DNA of 64,000 nucleotides from an uncultured delta proteobacterium (GTDB taxonomy: Bacteria > Desulfobacterota > Binatia > UBA9968): positions 994,754-1,058,753 of the forward strand of contig CAVUVW010000014.1 in NCBI GenBank assembly GCA_963745035.1. The letters are read 5' to 3'. The position numbers and the translations under genes were made by a program. Below the pieces are notes generated by a model that ran no database searches, had not been told where the DNA came from, and saw only the letters and a program-made list of their open reading frames with translations. Shown piece by piece: positions 61,054 through 64,000 of this stretch (position 1 is the first letter of the stretch; each line of letters opens with the position of its first letter).

Positions 61054-61809
61054 TTATCTTTTCTTCGTTGGCTTAGAAGATTTTCGCTCGCTTGCTGACG
61101 GTTTGGCTGCGGCTCGCGCTTCCTCGTCGTAGTGCTTCTTGGTGAACCAAAGCGCCAAGCCGCCGTCGCCGGGCGGCAGGTTCTTGTGGAAGTCGATCAG
61201 ATGCTGATCGAGCACCTGCGGCGTGCCTAGAGTAGCCGCCCAGATCTGCTGCTGGGCGGCTTGCTCGAGGTAAAGCGTGCTTTGCACGGCGTGGGCGATG
61301 CTCGAACCGACAACCACCGCGCCGTGACCTTTGAGTAACGCCGCCGGCCGATTGCCGAGGGTTTCGGCCAAGCCCTCGCCGAGCTCTTGAGTATTGACCA
61401 TGTCGCCGCCGTAGATCGGAATGCCGTGCTCGAAGGGTGCGGACTGGTGCGTGATCGCGAAAACCGATTTGCCCGCCATGCTGAGCGCCGTGGCGATCAG
61501 CGGATGAGTATGGATGACACTCTGCACGTCGGGCCGCGCTTTGAAGATCGCCGTGTAAAGCGGCAGTTCCCACGGCACGCGGCGCTCGCCTTCGATCACT
61601 TTACCATCGTAATCGAACGTCATGATCGTATTGGGATTGTCCGGCGGCGGCGCGACCCGCACGTGCTTGAGCATAAAGCCGTCGCGCCCGCTTTCCTTCG
61701 GCAAGCGGACCGCGATATGGCCCCACGGGTCGCCCAGTTCTTGAAACAGCAGACGCGTGCCGAAACGAAGATCGGTGACGAGGCCGTCCAGATTTTTCTT
61801 CGTTTTCAT
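61054..61809 (-). CDS. Class II aldolase/adducin family
   Basis: WGH, ELPLY, VIHTH, LKGHG. Confidence 0.88.
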   Translation of the reverse strand: MKTKKNLDGLVTDLRFGTRLLFQELGDPWGHIAVRLPKESGRDGFMLKHVRVAPPPDNPNTIMTFDYDGKVIEGERRVPWELPLYTAIFKARPDVQSVIHTHPLIATALSMAGKSVFAITHQSAPFEHGIPIYGGDMVNTQELGEGLAETLGNRPAALLKGHGAVVVGSSIAHAVQSTLYLEQAAQQQIWAATLGTPQVLDQHLIDFHKNLPPGDGGLALWFTKKHYDEEARAAAKPSASERKSSKPTKKR

Positions 61810-61829
61810 TCTGTCCTTAAGCGTCCCAC

Positions 61830-61976
61830 GAGCCCGAAATCAGCCTCGATACCTTCGAATCCCGCATCGTCCAAATTCTCCGCGATCGGAAGCATCATGC
61901 CCGTAGTCATATTCTCCGCCCACAAACTCTGATGCCCGTCGCGGATCGTGGTGTCGACAAAGCGAATGGTGTCCAT
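61830..61976 (-). pseudogene. Truncated 5' copy of the carboxyltransferase gene
   Basis: MDTIRFVDTTIRDGHQSLWAENMTTGMMLPIAENLDDAGFEGIE, near-identical to 50317-50462, then breaks off. Confidence 0.9.
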
Positions 61977-62032
61977 GAAGTTTTTCTCCAGTCGAAGGGA
62001 TCATATGGGCTGCAGGCGGCAAATTCAAATCT

Positions 62033-62302
62033 CTTCGCGCGCCGCGAGGAACTTCTATGTCGCGAAGATGTCGGCGACCAGGAGCGAGACGCCAACAAAC
62101 CGCCCGACCAGCTCCCCGGCTCTCTGGAGTCGGAAGGGTCCACACTCTCCAGGGCGAGCTGGCCCTCGCCGGTAGCCATTGCGCCCCAACCCATTTCGTC
62201 GCTTCGGTATGCTGTGGCCATCCCGAGAGTTTCAGTGTAGAAGCGAATGGCCCGCTGCCAGTCCGTGACAAAGACCCTCACGTTGGAGAGTTTATAATTC
62301 AC
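62033..62302 (-). pseudogene. Truncated VOC family cassette gene
   Basis: VRVFVTDWQRAIRFYTETLG; frameshift to LVGRFVGVSL, then a stop and truncation at 62033. Confidence 0.75.
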
Positions 62303-62326
62303 GCGACCTCCTGTCTCCGTCATGTT

Positions 62327-62386
62327 GCCTAACGTTTTGGGTGAAAGGCGCGGTCCGCCGCATCGTTCTCAACCCAATCGTTCGAC
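62327..62386 (-). other. Integron attC site (60 bp)
   Basis: R'' GTCGAAC ... TTGGGTTGAG / TTCACCCAA ... R' GTTAGGC. Confidence 0.8.
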
Positions 62387-62509
62387 GCCTCATCGAATCC
62401 GACCATCGCCCACGGGGCCGCAAGCCGCCACGAGACACAGCTTGCCCCTGCGATCCCCCTGCGTGGCCCAGGGATCAGTCGATGGCACAGCTGGTCACCA
62501 AAGCCGCAC

Positions 62510-63027
62510 CTACTTGGCTCGCTTCCAGACAATTTCAAGTGTCTCGCCGGACGACGTCCTTGGATTGGTGAACTTCAGTTCGTCCGCCGTGAGCGAGGTA
62601 ATAATTCGTTTCTGATCGGTCCCGATCATGTTCGCGAACGTACTTCCCTCAACTTGGGCGGTGATGACCTTATCCGCCTCGTTAATCGAGTATGTGCCAT
62701 AGTAGGCGATCGATCCTTCCACCACGGCTTGGGATTCTTCCGCGGTCCCCCGCTCTCGGTCAGGGTTCGCCAACTTGGGAAGGTCAGCGCGCACACTCAC
62801 AAAAGCAAAGTGGCCGTCGCTTGTATAGATCAGGATGCCTTTCAGATTGGGGCGGTCGGTTTTGCTGCCATCGGCTCGGATAGTGGTCCTCGAGACGAAC
62901 ATCCACGTTCCGACGAGCTGATCTTTGAGTGACTTTTGCTGGGCGACGGCATCGCTCTCGGGCAACGCAACTCCCAGAACCAGTAGTGAGACCATGGTCG
63001 CAGTGAGGGCTTTTCAATTGGTCTCAT
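62510..63027 (-). CDS. Lipocalin-like domain secreted protein (cassette-borne; frameshift ~63000)
   Basis: LKDQLVGTW, GILIYTSDG, AYYGTY, WKRAK; GGAGG RBS before ATG 63027. Confidence 0.8.
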
Positions 63028-63110
63028 GATCCTCCCCCCTTGAAAGGTTTTCTTTGCCGCGCGTGCGCGGTGTTCATGATCAGCTAGTGCTAGTGGAACC
63101 GGCCGCGAGC

Positions 63111-63260
63111 GTCGAACGTATTAAGTGAGCCGCCGTAGGTATCAACAATTACCGGTCGGCCTATCCCCGCGACGAGCGCGAAGAACAAAAATTGAAATCG
63201 CTTGCAATATTCGTTTGCAAACGGAGCTTTGTCAATATTTTGATTTCCGGGATAAGCCGA
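63111..63260 (-). promoter_or_regulatory. attI-like leader B with TTGACA promoter candidate
   Basis: Homologous to leader A; core GTTCGAC at 63117; TTGACA at 63230-63235. Confidence 0.55.
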
Positions 63261-63447
63261 CCTGGCGTGGCGGGTTATCTCCCTAACGATCGGCGGGCTA
63301 TTTCGGTGACGGACTCTAGTTTAAAGTAAAAACCTATTTCAGTATCTCCGCCATTTTCGCGACCAAGGCGGGCTCGAGTTGAATAAACTGCCGACGATCT
63401 TTTCGACTTCTTCGCCAGTCCGCGATGCGTATGCTCCCCGCCGGGCA

Positions 63448-63969
63448 CTAGGAATCGCGGAAATCGGTAACACGGGAGGGGCGCAGGCTGGCCGTGATGC
63501 GCCGGCCCGCGCTTAGATGAGGGTCGGCGGGCGCGCGCGTCTGTACGGCGTACTCGAGCAGCAGGCCGTTGGGATCCTTGAAGTAGATCGACAGCACCCA
63601 CTCGTGATCGACGATCGGCGTGACCTTGACACCTTTGGCAATCAGCTCGGCGCGCTTCGCGTGCAACTCTTCGACCGAGCCAGCGTTGAAGGCGAAGTGG
63701 TAAATCCATTCGGGCAGGCCGAGGACTTGATTGATGCTGGTGTCATATTCGGCTGGTAGTCCTTTGATACCGTGAGGTTCCATGAATCCCAGGAGTTGGC
63801 CATCGCCGCAGTCGAAAAACGCGTGGCGGATACATCCCCCTTCTTTGAAATCGATCTGCTCAATGGTCACGAGGCGGAAGCCGAGCACATCCTCGTAGAA
63901 GCTGCGTGTCGCAGCAAGGTCGAGCGTCGAAAGGCCGATGTGTGAAACGCCATGTAGCGGGATGTGCAC
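63448..63969 (-). CDS. VOC/glyoxalase family protein
   Basis: GVSHIGL, YHFAF, SIYFKDPNG.LLE. Confidence 0.9.
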   Translation of the reverse strand: MHIPLHGVSHIGLSTLDLAATRSFYEDVLGFRLVTIEQIDFKEGGCIRHAFFDCGDGQLLGFMEPHGIKGLPAEYDTSINQVLGLPEWIYHFAFNAGSVEELHAKRAELIAKGVKVTPIVDHEWVLSIYFKDPNGLLLEYAVQTRAPADPHLSAGRRITASLRPSRVTDFRDS

Positions 63970-64000
63970 CTCCGTTCACTAGGATTGCTTGAATAGGTGT

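Noticed and set aside
5098-63027. Many split genes as programmed frameshifts or mass pseudogenisation
   Set aside because: Single-base indels, mostly in short homopolymers, across unrelated and otherwise intact genes fit sequencing error; read polishing would confirm.
63260-63447. intI remnant next to the leaders (also 53640-53828)
   Set aside because: No tyrosine recombinase-like translation recognised; the GTTAGGG at ~63287 has no matching partner.

Overview
High-GC bacterial chromosomal window. The gene repertoire (many NMT1/THI5-type substrate-binding proteins, amidohydrolases, VOC proteins, stand-alone carboxyltransferases) and intergenic repeats suggest Candidatus Binatia (Binatota); this is inference. 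About 15 genes carry single-base frameshifts, mostly in short homopolymers, most simply explained as long-read consensus errors. Most of the window is catabolic or housekeeping. Two accessory features stand out. (1) A ~10.2 kb visibly AT-richer island (14771-25045) whose ends look like two halves of a split bidirectional terminator. It holds a terminase-small-subunit-like gene, an ECF sigma/cupin anti-sigma pair, a DNA-ligase stub, two RxxxxH (HEPN-like) genes, and six diverged paralogs of one unknown ~100-aa family (LRDHPLM..WPPxW..GExGxL..FCxQ..DIGDLDLSxTL) within 3.1 kb. (2) Two integrase-free integron-like cassette arrays (50518-53640 and 62033-63260). Each starts at a homologous ~150-bp attI-like leader, contains a well-formed cassette (attC, with cassette start complementary to R''), holds different cargo, and ends at the same 16-bp junction in front of a carboxyltransferase 5' end. 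No rRNA, tRNA, CRISPR array, transposase or integrase was recognised. All calls are from reading the sequence; no searches were run.
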